A DNA stretch of 55,916 nt, from assembly GCA_964408475.1 (NCBI GenBank), contig CAYOZM010000001.1, positions 1-55,916 on the forward strand, read 5' to 3'. The DNA is from an uncultured Candidatus Bathyarchaeia archaeon. Lineage in GTDB: Archaea > Thermoproteota > Bathyarchaeia > 40CM-2-53-6 > CAYOZM01. This document shows positions 43,880 through 53,500 of this stretch, piece after piece. Position numbers and translations under genes: made by a program. The stretch's first letter is position 1. Each line of letters begins with the position of its first letter. The notes below the pieces were generated by a model. That model was given only the letters and a program-made list of their open reading frames with translations, was not told where the DNA came from and searched no databases.

Positions 43880-44848
43880 CTAAATGCTCAGCTGGACACC
43901 GGCTTGCTTAAGGAACGCGTTCAGCTCAGCTCTATAGGGCATCGCCGTTATCGCACCTCGTTTCGTGACTACTAACGCACCGACTGCATTGGCTACCGTT
44001 ACAGACTTCTCTAAGTCCCATCCTTCGCATACTCCGACTAACAGGCCGGCATTCCATCCGTCGCCAGCACCAGTGGTGTCAACTGGCTTGACACTGAATG
44101 CTGGCTTCCTGATCACTCTCCTTTCCGCGGTGTTCACAAAAGACCCCTGCGCACCGAGCTTTATTCCAACCGTTCTAGGACCGAGCTTCAGAGCCCTCGA
44201 TGCCGCCTTATTAGGCTCCGCGGTTCCCAGAACAAATTGAGCTTCTTCTTTAGAGAAAGTTGCAATATCTGAAAGCTCTAAGGCTTTTCGATATGTTCTC
44301 CTCAGGATCTCCTCGTTATCCCAGACATCTGACCGAAGGGTGGGATCGAAAGAAACGGCTACCCCTGACCTTCGGGCGATTCTCATAGCATGAAAAACCG
44401 CTCCTCGAGACGGCTGTTGCGAAAGGGCAAAACCCGAAACATGAAGAACCTCAGCTCTCGATATGTAGTTCGGATCGATATCGCCGCGTTCAAGCGAGCT
44501 ATCAGCTGTCTCTCCAGTCCAAGGTCTTCGATAGAAAAGAAATGTTCGCTCGCCTGTAGTGGGCTCATTCGCCACGAATGTTATTGAGGTTCGCCTCTCT
44601 TTTTTCCGCTTGACGTTTGACACGTCGACCTCGTTTTCACGGAGGATTCCGACCAAGAAATCGCCGAATGGGTCTTCTCCTACGGCAGTTATTACGCCTG
44701 CGCTTATGCCTAGCCTAGAGACGCCGACCGCTGTATTCATTGGCGCTCCCCCGAAGCACTTCTCAAATGTTCTAGCTCTTGTGTAAGGCACTGGTTCAGT
44801 CGAAACGAAATCGACTATTATTTCGCCGATTGCAATCAAACGACTCAT
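43880..44848 (-). CDS. PfkB-family sugar (or keto-deoxy-sugar) kinase
   Basis: GGAPMNTAVGVSRLG N-terminal motif and DTTGAGDGWNAG C-terminal motif. Confidence 0.9.
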   Translation of the reverse strand: MSRLIAIGEIIVDFVSTEPVPYTRARTFEKCFGGAPMNTAVGVSRLGISAGVITAVGEDPFGDFLVGILRENEVDVSNVKRKKERRTSITFVANEPTTGERTFLFYRRPWTGETADSSLERGDIDPNYISRAEVLHVSGFALSQQPSRGAVFHAMRIARRSGVAVSFDPTLRSDVWDNEEILRRTYRKALELSDIATFSKEEAQFVLGTAEPNKAASRALKLGPRTVGIKLGAQGSFVNTAERRVIRKPAFSVKPVDTTGAGDGWNAGLLVGVCEGWDLEKSVTVANAVGALVVTKRGAITAMPYRAELNAFLKQAGVQLSI

Positions 44849-44992
44849 ACGTTATACCCTTGGACTTAACCATCCATCGTAAATTAAACGTACTAAACAA
44901 TTTAAAACAGTTAAGGCAAGAGACTGATCACTCCGCAATAACGGCTAATCTTAAATCACTAACGAGCAGTATTGAAAACCTAGGATGGCGCC

Positions 44993-45895
44993 ATGAGTTT
45001 TTGGAAACTGTCAGTCGGCGATTGGGTTTTCGCGTCGAAGAGAACTCGTTTCTTCAGTTTTGAGGAACAATTTGCGCTTAAGGAAATCGTCAGACGGATC
45101 TCAGAAATAGGCCTAGACGGCATCGACTTTCTGGTAACCGACGCAAACGATTGGAACGGACAAAGGATTGCAGAGACCCGAAATCTCGTCAAGTCTGCAG
45201 GACTTGAGGTGATCTCTGTTTCTCCAGATATATGGTCCTCTTGGCCTTTCGGATCACTTGTCAATCCGAGTAGAAAGGAAAGATTGCGCGTAGTAAGACA
45301 TGTTAAGGAGACCGCTGCAATAGGCAAACAACTGGGCGCAAAACTGCTCAACGTATGGCCTGGGTCTGATAGCATGATCTCTCCTAAGGGCGAGTCATAC
45401 TGGACTATCTGGGATAGATTCGTGAAATCCGTAGCCGAATGTGTTGACAACGCATCGGATGAGGGTTTAAAGGTCACAGTGGAATACAAGCTGAGAGATC
45501 CAGCCGAATTCCAGATCCTGAACAACTCAGACACCTTCATGAGGCTGGCTGAGTCGATTAGATCGTCGAAACTCGGAGCATGTCTAGACACTGGGCATGC
45601 TATTCAATGCCGGGAGCATCTTCCATCAGTTGTTAACAAACTGGCTAAGTGGCTTTTTCACGTTCACTTGGACGACAACTACGGCGACTGGGATGATGAC
45701 CTACCTCCCGGCTACGTTCATGACTTTTCTCAGTTGTTCGAAGCGTTGAGGATGGTCAATTACAGAGGATACCTCATGTTCGACCTCTTCCCGCTTGTCG
45801 ACCCGTTTGGTGAGGTACGAAGAAGCAAGGAGTACGTGCAAACAGTGTGCTCGAGAATTCGTTCAGGAAGGACTTGGCTCAAGAGGCGTCGTTGA
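44993..45895 (+). CDS. Xylose-isomerase-like TIM-barrel protein (sugar/sugar-phosphate isomerase or epimerase)
   Basis: AP-endonuclease-2/XI-like pattern: GLDGIDF, LNVWPG, CLDTGH, HVHLDDN. Confidence 0.85.
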   Translation: MSFWKLSVGDWVFASKRTRFFSFEEQFALKEIVRRISEIGLDGIDFLVTDANDWNGQRIAETRNLVKSAGLEVISVSPDIWSSWPFGSLVNPSRKERLRVVRHVKETAAIGKQLGAKLLNVWPGSDSMISPKGESYWTIWDRFVKSVAECVDNASDEGLKVTVEYKLRDPAEFQILNNSDTFMRLAESIRSSKLGACLDTGHAIQCREHLPSVVNKLAKWLFHVHLDDNYGDWDDDLPPGYVHDFSQLFEALRMVNYRGYLMFDLFPLVDPFGEVRRSKEYVQTVCSRIRSGRTWLKRRR

Positions 45896-46015
45896 AGAAG
45901 CGGTATGGACTAGAAAGTCGCTTTCACTCGGTATTTCCGGATTCAAAACTCTTCTCGGTACGAAAGATATCTTAAATTTTGAATCTGAATAACTATCCGT
46001 GAGGCCGAAAGGACG

Positions 46016-46660
46016 ATGAATGAAGAGAAGCAGATTGAGGAAGAGCTTAAGACCGATTTGATAAAGTGCATGATCTCCCTCCATCAAAGAGGTCTAATGA
46101 CAGGTGTAGGCGGGAATGCAAGCGCAAGAATTCCTGGTTCAGATGAGATATGGATAACTCCAAGCGGGCTTTACAAGCCTAGACTTCGAGTTGAAGACTT
46201 GGTTAAGATAGATCTTCAAGGAAACATTGTTGAGGGCGTATTCAAGCCTTCGATGGAGTGGTACTTTCACGTAGCCATTTACAAGAAGAGAAGCGATGTA
46301 AATGCTGTCGTCCATACACATAATCCCGTCGCCACGGGTTTGGCGCTAGCTGGAGTAACCATCAAGCCGATAACACTAGAGGCAGCTCTAATGTTGGCTA
46401 GAGTTCCGATAATCCCATTCGTTTATCCTGGAACGAAGGAGCTGGGTGAAGCCGTAGGGGAACACGTGTTAGGCAATAGACTGTTGCTGCTACAGAACCA
46501 TGGAGTCATAGCCGCGGGCTACGATCTGATAGAGGCAGTCTCAGCCGTCGAGATACTCGAAGAATGCGCAACCATGATGCTGGTAGCGAGCCACTTTCGA
46601 GAGCCGGCTGTGATTCCTCCGCACGATATAGAACTGATAAAGAAACTCTACAGGATCTAA
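46016..46660 (+). CDS. Class II aldolase/adducin-family protein (FucA-like aldolase or AraD/UlaF-like 4-epimerase)
   Basis: GGNASARIP, VVHTHNPVATGLA, LLLQNHGVIAAG. 214 aa. Confidence 0.85.
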   Translation: MNEEKQIEEELKTDLIKCMISLHQRGLMTGVGGNASARIPGSDEIWITPSGLYKPRLRVEDLVKIDLQGNIVEGVFKPSMEWYFHVAIYKKRSDVNAVVHTHNPVATGLALAGVTIKPITLEAALMLARVPIIPFVYPGTKELGEAVGEHVLGNRLLLLQNHGVIAAGYDLIEAVSAVEILEECATMMLVASHFREPAVIPPHDIELIKKLYRI

Positions 46661-46674
46661 GTGGAGAAAGATGC

Positions 46675-48561
46675 ATGGTTAACGGCTACGTAGGGCAGCT
46701 GCTGCGAGTAGATCTTTCAACGAACACCTTGAAAACTGAGGCTTTGGATCTTGACCTAGCTAAGAAGTACCTAGGCGGTAGCGGTCTGTCAGGGAGGATA
46801 ATCTACGATGAAGCACCGCCAGAGGTCTCGCCGTTCGATCCCGATAACCGACTTGTCTTCATGACCGGACCGATAACTGGAACAATAGCGCCGGCCTTCG
46901 GCCGATACGTCGTCTGTACGCGGTCTCCTTTGACAGGAATATGGGCTGAAGCCCATTCCGCAGGTTTCTGGGGGCCCGAACTGAAGTTTGCAAACTTCGA
47001 TGGGATAGTTATACAAGGGAAAGCTGAATTTCCAGTCTACCTTTGGATCAAGGATGGAGAAGTAGAAATCAAATCCGCGGAGTGCATCTGGGGAAGAGAT
47101 ACCTTTGAAACTGAAACATTGATCAAGAAAGAATTGGGGGAAGAGAGACTTAGAGTTGCTTGCATAGGTCCTGCCGGAGAGCGACTTGTTAAAATTGCTA
47201 ATGTAATGAATGACCTTGCAGAGGGAACGGCGCGGACAGCTGGAAGATGCGGAACTGGAGCCGTCATGGGTTCAAAGAACCTGAAGGCGATAGCGGTTCT
47301 GGGAACTCGATACTCTGTCCTTCCTGCTGCAAGAGACGAGCTACTGAAAGAGTATGTGAAGAAGATACACATCACTATCAGAAGCCATCCCACGGTTCAA
47401 ATCTACGCTTCTTTCGGAACCGATGGAATAATGAATATGATGCATGAGTACGGAGATGTACCGATAAAGTACTGGACCGAGGGATACTGGCCGGAGGGTG
47501 TGGACAAAATTAGTGGAGAAGCTATGGCAAGGAGAATACTTGTCAAACAGAATGCTTGCTACAGATGCCCAATAGCTTGCCGAAGATACGTGAAAGTAAG
47601 TGAAGGGCAGTATCAGACTGTTGAGGGTGAGGGCCCTGAGTATGAGAGCGCTGCTTCGCTCGGCGCTCTATGTCTTAACGACAATCTCGAATCTATCGCC
47701 AAGGCAAACGAGTTGTGCAATAGATATGGCATAGACACGATATCGACGGGGAGCGTGATGGCATTCGCGATGGAATGCCGCCAAAGAGGTTTGATAACTG
47801 ACCACGACATAGATGGAGTGGACTTAAGGTGGGGTAACCATCTGGCTATGATCGAAATGATACATAAGATTGCAAGAAGGGAAGGATTCGGAGCTACACT
47901 TGCAGAGGGAGTCAAGAGAGCAGCGGAGATCATAGGACACCGCGCCGATGAGTTTGCAATGCATGTGAAGGGGTTGGAGATACCTATGCACGATCCGAGA
48001 GCCTTCAAGGGGATGGGCCTCCAATACGCGACATCGCATAGGGGGGCATGCCATTTGAGAGGACTGGTTTACGAAATAGAACAGGGCGGCAGAATTCCGG
48101 ACTTGGGAATACATGAGCGAGTGGAGAGATTTCCAGTCGAGGGAAAAGCTCGAATCGTGATAACGATGCAGAACTGGCACGAAGTACTGGACAGCCTGAT
48201 AATGTGCAAATTCGCCTTTCTCCCGCCAGGCTCGGTTGCAGCTATATTCTCTATGGTAACGGGTTGGACGGTGAGGCATCAAGAACTTATGGAAGCTGGA
48301 GAAAGAAGCTGGAACGTCAAGAGAGCATTCAATATCAAATGTGGCGTTACCGCGAGGGATGATACATTGCCGAGGAGACTCTTATCTGAACCGCTGAGAA
48401 ACGGCGGGTCCAAAGGTCAAATAGTCGAACTAGACAAAATGCTTCCGCAGTATTATAAGTTGAGAGGGTGGACCCCCAATGGCATCCCCACAAAGGAGAA
48501 ACTAGACTCACTGGGTCTACATGATATAGCAAACGACTTAGCGAAGTACGTAGCCAACTGA
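46675..48561 (+). CDS. aor: Aldehyde:ferredoxin oxidoreductase family enzyme (second paralog)
   Basis: N-terminus NGYVGQLLRVDLS, GGSGLSGRIIYDE, CGTGAVMGSKNLKAIAV, and CYRCPIACRRY (4Fe-4S ligand context). ATG at 46675 lies just after the aldolase stop. The ORF-track N-extension overlaps the aldolase gene. Confidence 0.93.
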   Translation: MVNGYVGQLLRVDLSTNTLKTEALDLDLAKKYLGGSGLSGRIIYDEAPPEVSPFDPDNRLVFMTGPITGTIAPAFGRYVVCTRSPLTGIWAEAHSAGFWGPELKFANFDGIVIQGKAEFPVYLWIKDGEVEIKSAECIWGRDTFETETLIKKELGEERLRVACIGPAGERLVKIANVMNDLAEGTARTAGRCGTGAVMGSKNLKAIAVLGTRYSVLPAARDELLKEYVKKIHITIRSHPTVQIYASFGTDGIMNMMHEYGDVPIKYWTEGYWPEGVDKISGEAMARRILVKQNACYRCPIACRRYVKVSEGQYQTVEGEGPEYESAASLGALCLNDNLESIAKANELCNRYGIDTISTGSVMAFAMECRQRGLITDHDIDGVDLRWGNHLAMIEMIHKIARREGFGATLAEGVKRAAEIIGHRADEFAMHVKGLEIPMHDPRAFKGMGLQYATSHRGACHLRGLVYEIEQGGRIPDLGIHERVERFPVEGKARIVITMQNWHEVLDSLIMCKFAFLPPGSVAAIFSMVTGWTVRHQELMEAGERSWNVKRAFNIKCGVTARDDTLPRRLLSEPLRNGGSKGQIVELDKMLPQYYKLRGWTPNGIPTKEKLDSLGLHDIANDLAKYVAN

Positions 48562-48578
48562 AAAGCGAGAAGTGTTAG

Positions 48579-49478
48579 TCATATCCTTGACTTCAAATAT
48601 TCTGCCATGATCGGCGCTATCGGAATAACGCTCTCGGGCTGTAAGATAGAATCAGTTGTAACTATCTGGCTGACACCTGCCTCACGTAGCCTCTCTCTTG
48701 CATTGTCGATGAAGAGAGCGTGCGTCACAGCTACCACAACTCTCCTAGCACCCTTCGCCAGAGCAAATTGAGTTGCTTTGAGAATTGTTCCACCTGTGCC
48801 AAGTATGTCGTCGAATATAACGACATCCTTCCCCTGAAGATCAGCTGTCTTCTCGTAGATCTTAGGGTATTCCCACCCAGTCTTCCTCCTCTTCCTTAGG
48901 AAGACAAAGTGATCTCCGACTATATCTCTAATCATATCCGCAAGTGGTGTGTGACCTCTGTCCGGAATTATTGTTGCCGGAGCTTCTATACCCAAATTGC
49001 TCTTCACGTAACGGGCGAGCGCTCTACCCGCTGAAAGATTGTAGGCCTTAACTCCGTAAAGAGAGAATGGGCCGAGTCGTCTGTACAGGTGAACATCTAA
49101 CGTGTAGAGTCTATCCACACGAATAGCATTCAGAATCTTCGCAACTGTGCGAGCGCTTATCGCCTCGCCTCTTTTAAACTCCTTGTCTTGCCTAGCGTAA
49201 GCCAGGTATGGAATGATCACATCGATTCGTTTGGCCTTCAACCTTCTGAAAGTGTCTAAAGTTATGAAGAGTTCTACGAGGCATGTGTCTTGAGGTGGAG
49301 CTGTCGACTGCACGTAGATGACATGTTTTCCTTTAACATCGTCCAAGATTCTGACGTAGGTCTCCTCATCTGGGAACCTTTTAACCTCCAGCCCTCCCAG
49401 ATCTGCCCCGAGCGCTCTCGCCAGCTCTTCCGCTACGTTTATGGAGTTGGAGCAGGTTCCGCCGAAAACAATCTTCAC
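48579..49478 (-). CDS. prs: Ribose-phosphate pyrophosphokinase
   Basis: KRFPDEETYVRI, YLAYARQDK, and the PRPP loop VVIFDDILGTGGT. GTG start. Confidence 0.9.
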   Translation of the reverse strand: MKIVFGGTCSNSINVAEELARALGADLGGLEVKRFPDEETYVRILDDVKGKHVIYVQSTAPPQDTCLVELFITLDTFRRLKAKRIDVIIPYLAYARQDKEFKRGEAISARTVAKILNAIRVDRLYTLDVHLYRRLGPFSLYGVKAYNLSAGRALARYVKSNLGIEAPATIIPDRGHTPLADMIRDIVGDHFVFLRKRRKTGWEYPKIYEKTADLQGKDVVIFDDILGTGGTILKATQFALAKGARRVVVAVTHALFIDNARERLREAGVSQIVTTDSILQPESVIPIAPIMAEYLKSRI

Positions 49479-49736
49479 TTGTATACAGCCCCTTTCGGCC
49501 GCCGTACAGACCTATCTTTGGCAAGAATGGTTTAAGTCTCTTTCGTAGCAGGATCGTCACGCTCAGTTGATTATGCAGGAAACCTTTAGAGCTTGCTCTG
49601 ATCGAAAGCATGAGGCCTCTGCATTGGCTGTGTTTGAGCCTTCCTTTCAGGAAACTGTTTTGGAACTACTGCTATACAAAACATCTAATACATAGATTCG
49701 GGTAAAATACGGTGCCGGATCTGAGGCTTAACGAGT

Positions 49737-50414
49737 TTGAATCGTGCGAGGCCAGCGGTAAAGATTGCACCATCGCTCCTGTCAGCAGACTTCAGCCAGC
49801 TAGGGGTTGAAGTTAAGAAAGCAGAGGAGGGAGGTGCAGATCTACTGCACTTCGATATAATGGACGGCCACTTCGTTCCGAACATAACCTTTGGACCTAT
49901 GATTATAGAGGCGTTGAGAGATAAGACGAGTTTGCCTTTCTATGTGCATCTGATGATAGAGAAGCCTGACGAGTATATTGAGCGCTTTGTAGAGGCCGGA
50001 GCTAACCTCTTGATAGTTCATGTTGAAGCCTGCAAGCACCTGCAACGTACGATCCAGCATATCAAGGATCAAAAAGTCGGAGTTGGGGTGGCGCTGAACC
50101 CTGCGACTCCCTTGGATACGTTAGAGTATGTGTTAGGCGATTTGGACATGATCTTAATTATGACGGTTAACCCCGGTTTTGGAGGGCAGGAGTTCATCAG
50201 AATGATGCTCCCCAAGATTAAGAGAGCGAGACAGATGATTGATGAGGAGGACTTCAAGATAGATTTAGGCGTTGACGGAGGCATCAATGAGGAGACGGCA
50301 CCACTTGCCGTAAGGATGGGAGCAACTGTCCTTATAGCTGGAACAGCCGTCTTCGGCCACACAGACATTAAGCGGGTTATTCAAAGCTTGAGGCAGAGTA
50401 TAGAAGCAATTTAG
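49737..50414 (+). CDS. rpe: Ribulose-phosphate 3-epimerase
   Basis: KIAPSLLSADFSQLG, HFDIMDGHFVPN, MTVNPGFGGQ, VDGGIN. TTG start. Confidence 0.9.
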   Translation: MNRARPAVKIAPSLLSADFSQLGVEVKKAEEGGADLLHFDIMDGHFVPNITFGPMIIEALRDKTSLPFYVHLMIEKPDEYIERFVEAGANLLIVHVEACKHLQRTIQHIKDQKVGVGVALNPATPLDTLEYVLGDLDMILIMTVNPGFGGQEFIRMMLPKIKRARQMIDEEDFKIDLGVDGGINEETAPLAVRMGATVLIAGTAVFGHTDIKRVIQSLRQSIEAI

Positions 50415-50637
50415 TCTATCGTACGATCAAGCCGTACAAGATCATGGCTGTAGAGTATCAGAGCCGCTGAATCCTTGCGTTCGCGGCAGTGGCTCTTGGG
50501 ACTGAAGCAGTTTGCTTGGATGCGGATGAAATCGCAAGAGATGCGCGGAGTCTTTCACTTCTCTCCTAGCTTATGCTTATGACATGCTGTCACGAGCAAA
50601 GACTAGAGACCTCTAGCCTGGAAGAAACTAGCCATCT

Positions 50638-51666
50638 TCATCCGAAGAAAGTCTTCGCCGCATCTAGCAACTCTGAGTCGACTGTCTTTATTTCGGCCAC
50701 AGCCTTCTCCAACTCGACCGGAACTATCTTCGTTCCTCTGAGGCTTACCATCATTCCAAACTTTCCATCCTTGACTAAGTCCACCGCTGACACGCCGAAT
50801 CTTGTTGCGAGTACGCGATCGTATGTTGAAGGTGAGCCCCCTCTCAATATGTAGCCTAGGACGGTTGCTCTCGTTTGAGCTCCAGTCCGCTTCTCTATCT
50901 CTTCAGCTAGGAACTGGCCTATTCCTCCCAGTCTGACGTGGCCGAATTCGTCCAAGCGTTTGTCTTGAGCGATTAGGCCCTTCACGTTCTTCAGTGAAGC
51001 TCCCTCAGCGACCACGATGACCGTAGCCTTTCCTTCCGCCGTCCTCCTCTTAACGAAATCAGCGACTTCTTCTATGTCGAAAGGTTCCTCGGGGATCAAT
51101 ATCAAGTCGGCTCCACCAGCCATGCCTGCATAGATTGTGATCCACCCTGCGTGTCGCCCCATAACTTCTACAACCATGACTCTATCATGGGACCTGGCGG
51201 TGTCCACAATCCTATCTATGGCTTCTGTAGCGATGTTCACGGCCGTATCAAACCCAAAGGTTACATCTGTGGCGGATAGATCGTTGTCAATCGTCTTCGG
51301 AACGCCTACTACCTTGAGGCCTCTCTTCGCAAGTTGATTCGCTGCGCCTAGAGTATCTTCACCCCCGATTGCGATTAAAGCATCCAACCCCATCTTCTTC
51401 ATATTTTCAAGAATCGTTTCCGGCCCACCAGCCCTCTTCATAGGGTTCGTTCTAGAAGTCTTCAGAATAGTTCCTCCCGTCTTCAAGAGGTCGGCGACAT
51501 CATCATATCTAAGTGGCACAGCCTCGCGTTCGAGCATTCCTGCCCATCCATGCTTCACTCCAACCACCTCGAACCCATACTTCTCCGATCGCTTCACTAT
51601 AGCCCTGATGACCGCATTCAATCCCGGGCAGTCTCCGCCTCCAGTGAGTACTCCAATCCTCAACAC
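50638..51666 (-). CDS. 6-phosphofructokinase, PfkA family, with PPi-type signature residues
   Basis: IGVLTGGGDCPGLNAVIRA. IGGEDTL has Asp where ATP-PFKs have the second Gly of GGDGS. VPKTIDND has Lys where ATP-PFKs have Gly. Confidence 0.9.
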   Translation of the reverse strand: MLRIGVLTGGGDCPGLNAVIRAIVKRSEKYGFEVVGVKHGWAGMLEREAVPLRYDDVADLLKTGGTILKTSRTNPMKRAGGPETILENMKKMGLDALIAIGGEDTLGAANQLAKRGLKVVGVPKTIDNDLSATDVTFGFDTAVNIATEAIDRIVDTARSHDRVMVVEVMGRHAGWITIYAGMAGGADLILIPEEPFDIEEVADFVKRRTAEGKATVIVVAEGASLKNVKGLIAQDKRLDEFGHVRLGGIGQFLAEEIEKRTGAQTRATVLGYILRGGSPSTYDRVLATRFGVSAVDLVKDGKFGMMVSLRGTKIVPVELEKAVAEIKTVDSELLDAAKTFFG

Positions 51667-52535
51667 TTACCACGTTCCCCCCAAGCTTTCCCAGCACAAC
51701 CGAAGAGACGCATCTTCTCTCTTACAGCTTCCTTCATCTCAAGCTTGGCTCTGGCAAGTATCTTGCGTGGATCTATCTCATCAGGCTTCTCCTTTAGAAC
51801 GATACTGATTCCTCGGGTGAACGCTTTCCGTAGCTCCGTATCGATGTTTATCTTACAGATCCCGGCCTTGACGGCTTCTCGAACCATGTCGTCTGGGGCT
51901 CCTGAAGCACCATGTAGGACGAGGGGGATCTTCACACGCTTTCTAATCTCTTCTATCAATGGTATATTCAGTGCGGCTTCCCTTTTCCTCATCCCATGAA
52001 CGGTACCAACAGACACCGCGAGAGCATCCACCTGAGTCTCGTTCACAAATCTTTCAGCCTCATCCGGGTCAGTCATCATAGCCTCTCGCTCCGCAACTGA
52101 GATCTGGTCCTCAACCCCACTTATCCGACCTAACTCCCCCTCTATAGAGATACCTACCATATGTGCAATCTCTGAGATCTTCTTCGTGTTGGCCATGTTC
52201 TGTTCCAGCGGGAGCTTCGATCCGTCATACATGACGCTTGAAAACCCCGACCTTATGCACTTAACCACTTGAACAATGTCTGTACCGTGGTCTAAGTGAA
52301 GCGACATAGGAACCGTCGCCATCTCGGAAGCTACTCTCGATATTCCTAGTATGTAGTCGAGTCCAGCATACTTGATCGCACCCTGACTAGCTTGAAGAAT
52401 GACTGGCGACCTCTCCTCCTCAGCGGTCTCAACGATCGCCTGGACGATCTCCATATTGTTCATATTGAACGCTCCGACAGCGTACCTTCTTTCTTGAGCT
52501 TTATTCAAAAGAAAAGCATTTGTAACGAAGCCCAT
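51660..52535 (-). CDS. fba: Class II (metal-dependent) fructose/ketose-1,6-bisphosphate aldolase
   Basis: YAVGAFNMNNMEIVQAIVETAEEERSPVILQ, HLDHG, VMYDGS, LVLHGASG. Its stop overlaps the PFK start by 7 nt. Confidence 0.9.
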   Translation of the reverse strand: MGFVTNAFLLNKAQERRYAVGAFNMNNMEIVQAIVETAEEERSPVILQASQGAIKYAGLDYILGISRVASEMATVPMSLHLDHGTDIVQVVKCIRSGFSSVMYDGSKLPLEQNMANTKKISEIAHMVGISIEGELGRISGVEDQISVAEREAMMTDPDEAERFVNETQVDALAVSVGTVHGMRKREAALNIPLIEEIRKRVKIPLVLHGASGAPDDMVREAVKAGICKINIDTELRKAFTRGISIVLKEKPDEIDPRKILARAKLEMKEAVREKMRLFGCAGKAWGERGKC

Positions 52536-52810
52536 CTCTCGCAGCCCCTTCCCCTACATGGATACGCAAGGGACTGAAAAAGTTTGCGCGGAACCATGTT
52601 AAACTTGAGCCTCGCAGGACTCACTTTGGAAACTCTTCCAATAGAGTGTTTGCTGTTATGGTGTTCAGTGTTCAAATCGATTCAACTATTTGTATGACAA
52701 GGAGAACCGAATAGTGTGTGTAATCGGCAGATAGCTCGAAGGTGTCAACTTCATAGCCCTATGATATATAAACGTCAATTTCAGTGTTATATGGAAGGCG
52801 ATAATAATCT

Positions 52811-53473
52811 ATGAGGCTCTGGCTGGATACAGCGAATATTGATGACATTAAGACAGCTGTCAGTTGGGGCGTGATATCTGGCGTAACGACGAACCCGTCA
52901 TTGGTTGCCAAGGAGGGTTTCGAGGTTCCGTTCAAAAGTGTCGTCAAGATGATATGCGACATAGTCAACGGTCCTGTGAGCGCTGAGGTTGTCAGCCTAG
53001 ATGCAGATGGGATGGTAAGAGAGGCTAAGGAGCTTTCATCTCTCTCCCCTCACGTAGTCGTCAAGATACCTATCACGAAAGAAGGTTTGAAAGCTATTCG
53101 CGCGCTGAGCCAACTCGGGATAAGAGTCAATTGCACGCTCAGCTTTTCTGCGAACCAAGCTCTACTAGCAGCTAGGGCAGGGGCCGCATATGTCAGCCCG
53201 TTCTTAGGCAGGCTTGATGACATTGGGAACGAAGGTATGCAGATCCTCAGGGACATAGTGCGGATATTCAGAAATTACGATGAGATAAAGACGCAGGTGA
53301 TAGCTGCTAGCATAAGGAATCCGATTCACGTCATCGAGGCAGCAAAGGCGGGAGCTGACGTGGCGACGATACCGTTCAGCGTTGTTGAACAAATGCTGAA
53401 GCATCCGCTGACAGATATTGGCATACAGAGATTTTCGGACGATTGGAAGAAAAGCGGAATTAGCTTCAGGTAA
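52811..53473 (+). CDS. tal: Transaldolase (short Fsa/TalC-type)
   Basis: [12 protein letters not shown]...[20 protein letters not shown], and the [11 protein letters not shown] Lys/Asp context. 220 aa. Confidence 0.9.
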   Translation: MRLWLDTANIDDIKTAVSWGVISGVTTNPSLVAKEGFEVPFKSVVKMICDIVNGPVSAEVVSLDADGMVREAKELSSLSPHVVVKIPITKEGLKAIRALSQLGIRVNCTLSFSANQALLAARAGAAYVSPFLGRLDDIGNEGMQILRDIVRIFRNYDEIKTQVIAASIRNPIHVIEAAKAGADVATIPFSVVEQMLKHPLTDIGIQRFSDDWKKSGISFR

Positions 53474-53500
53474 CAGAATTGAACCTCGAGGATTGAGATC

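Noticed and set aside
44980-45591. 203-aa minus-strand ORF
   Set aside because: It is antisense to the TIM-barrel isomerase gene. Its sequence is Ser/Leu-rich, typical of shadow ORFs.
46564-46674. N-terminal extension of the second AOR ORF
   Set aside because: It overlaps the 3' end of the class II aldolase gene in another frame. The canonical AOR N-terminus starts at the ATG at 46675.
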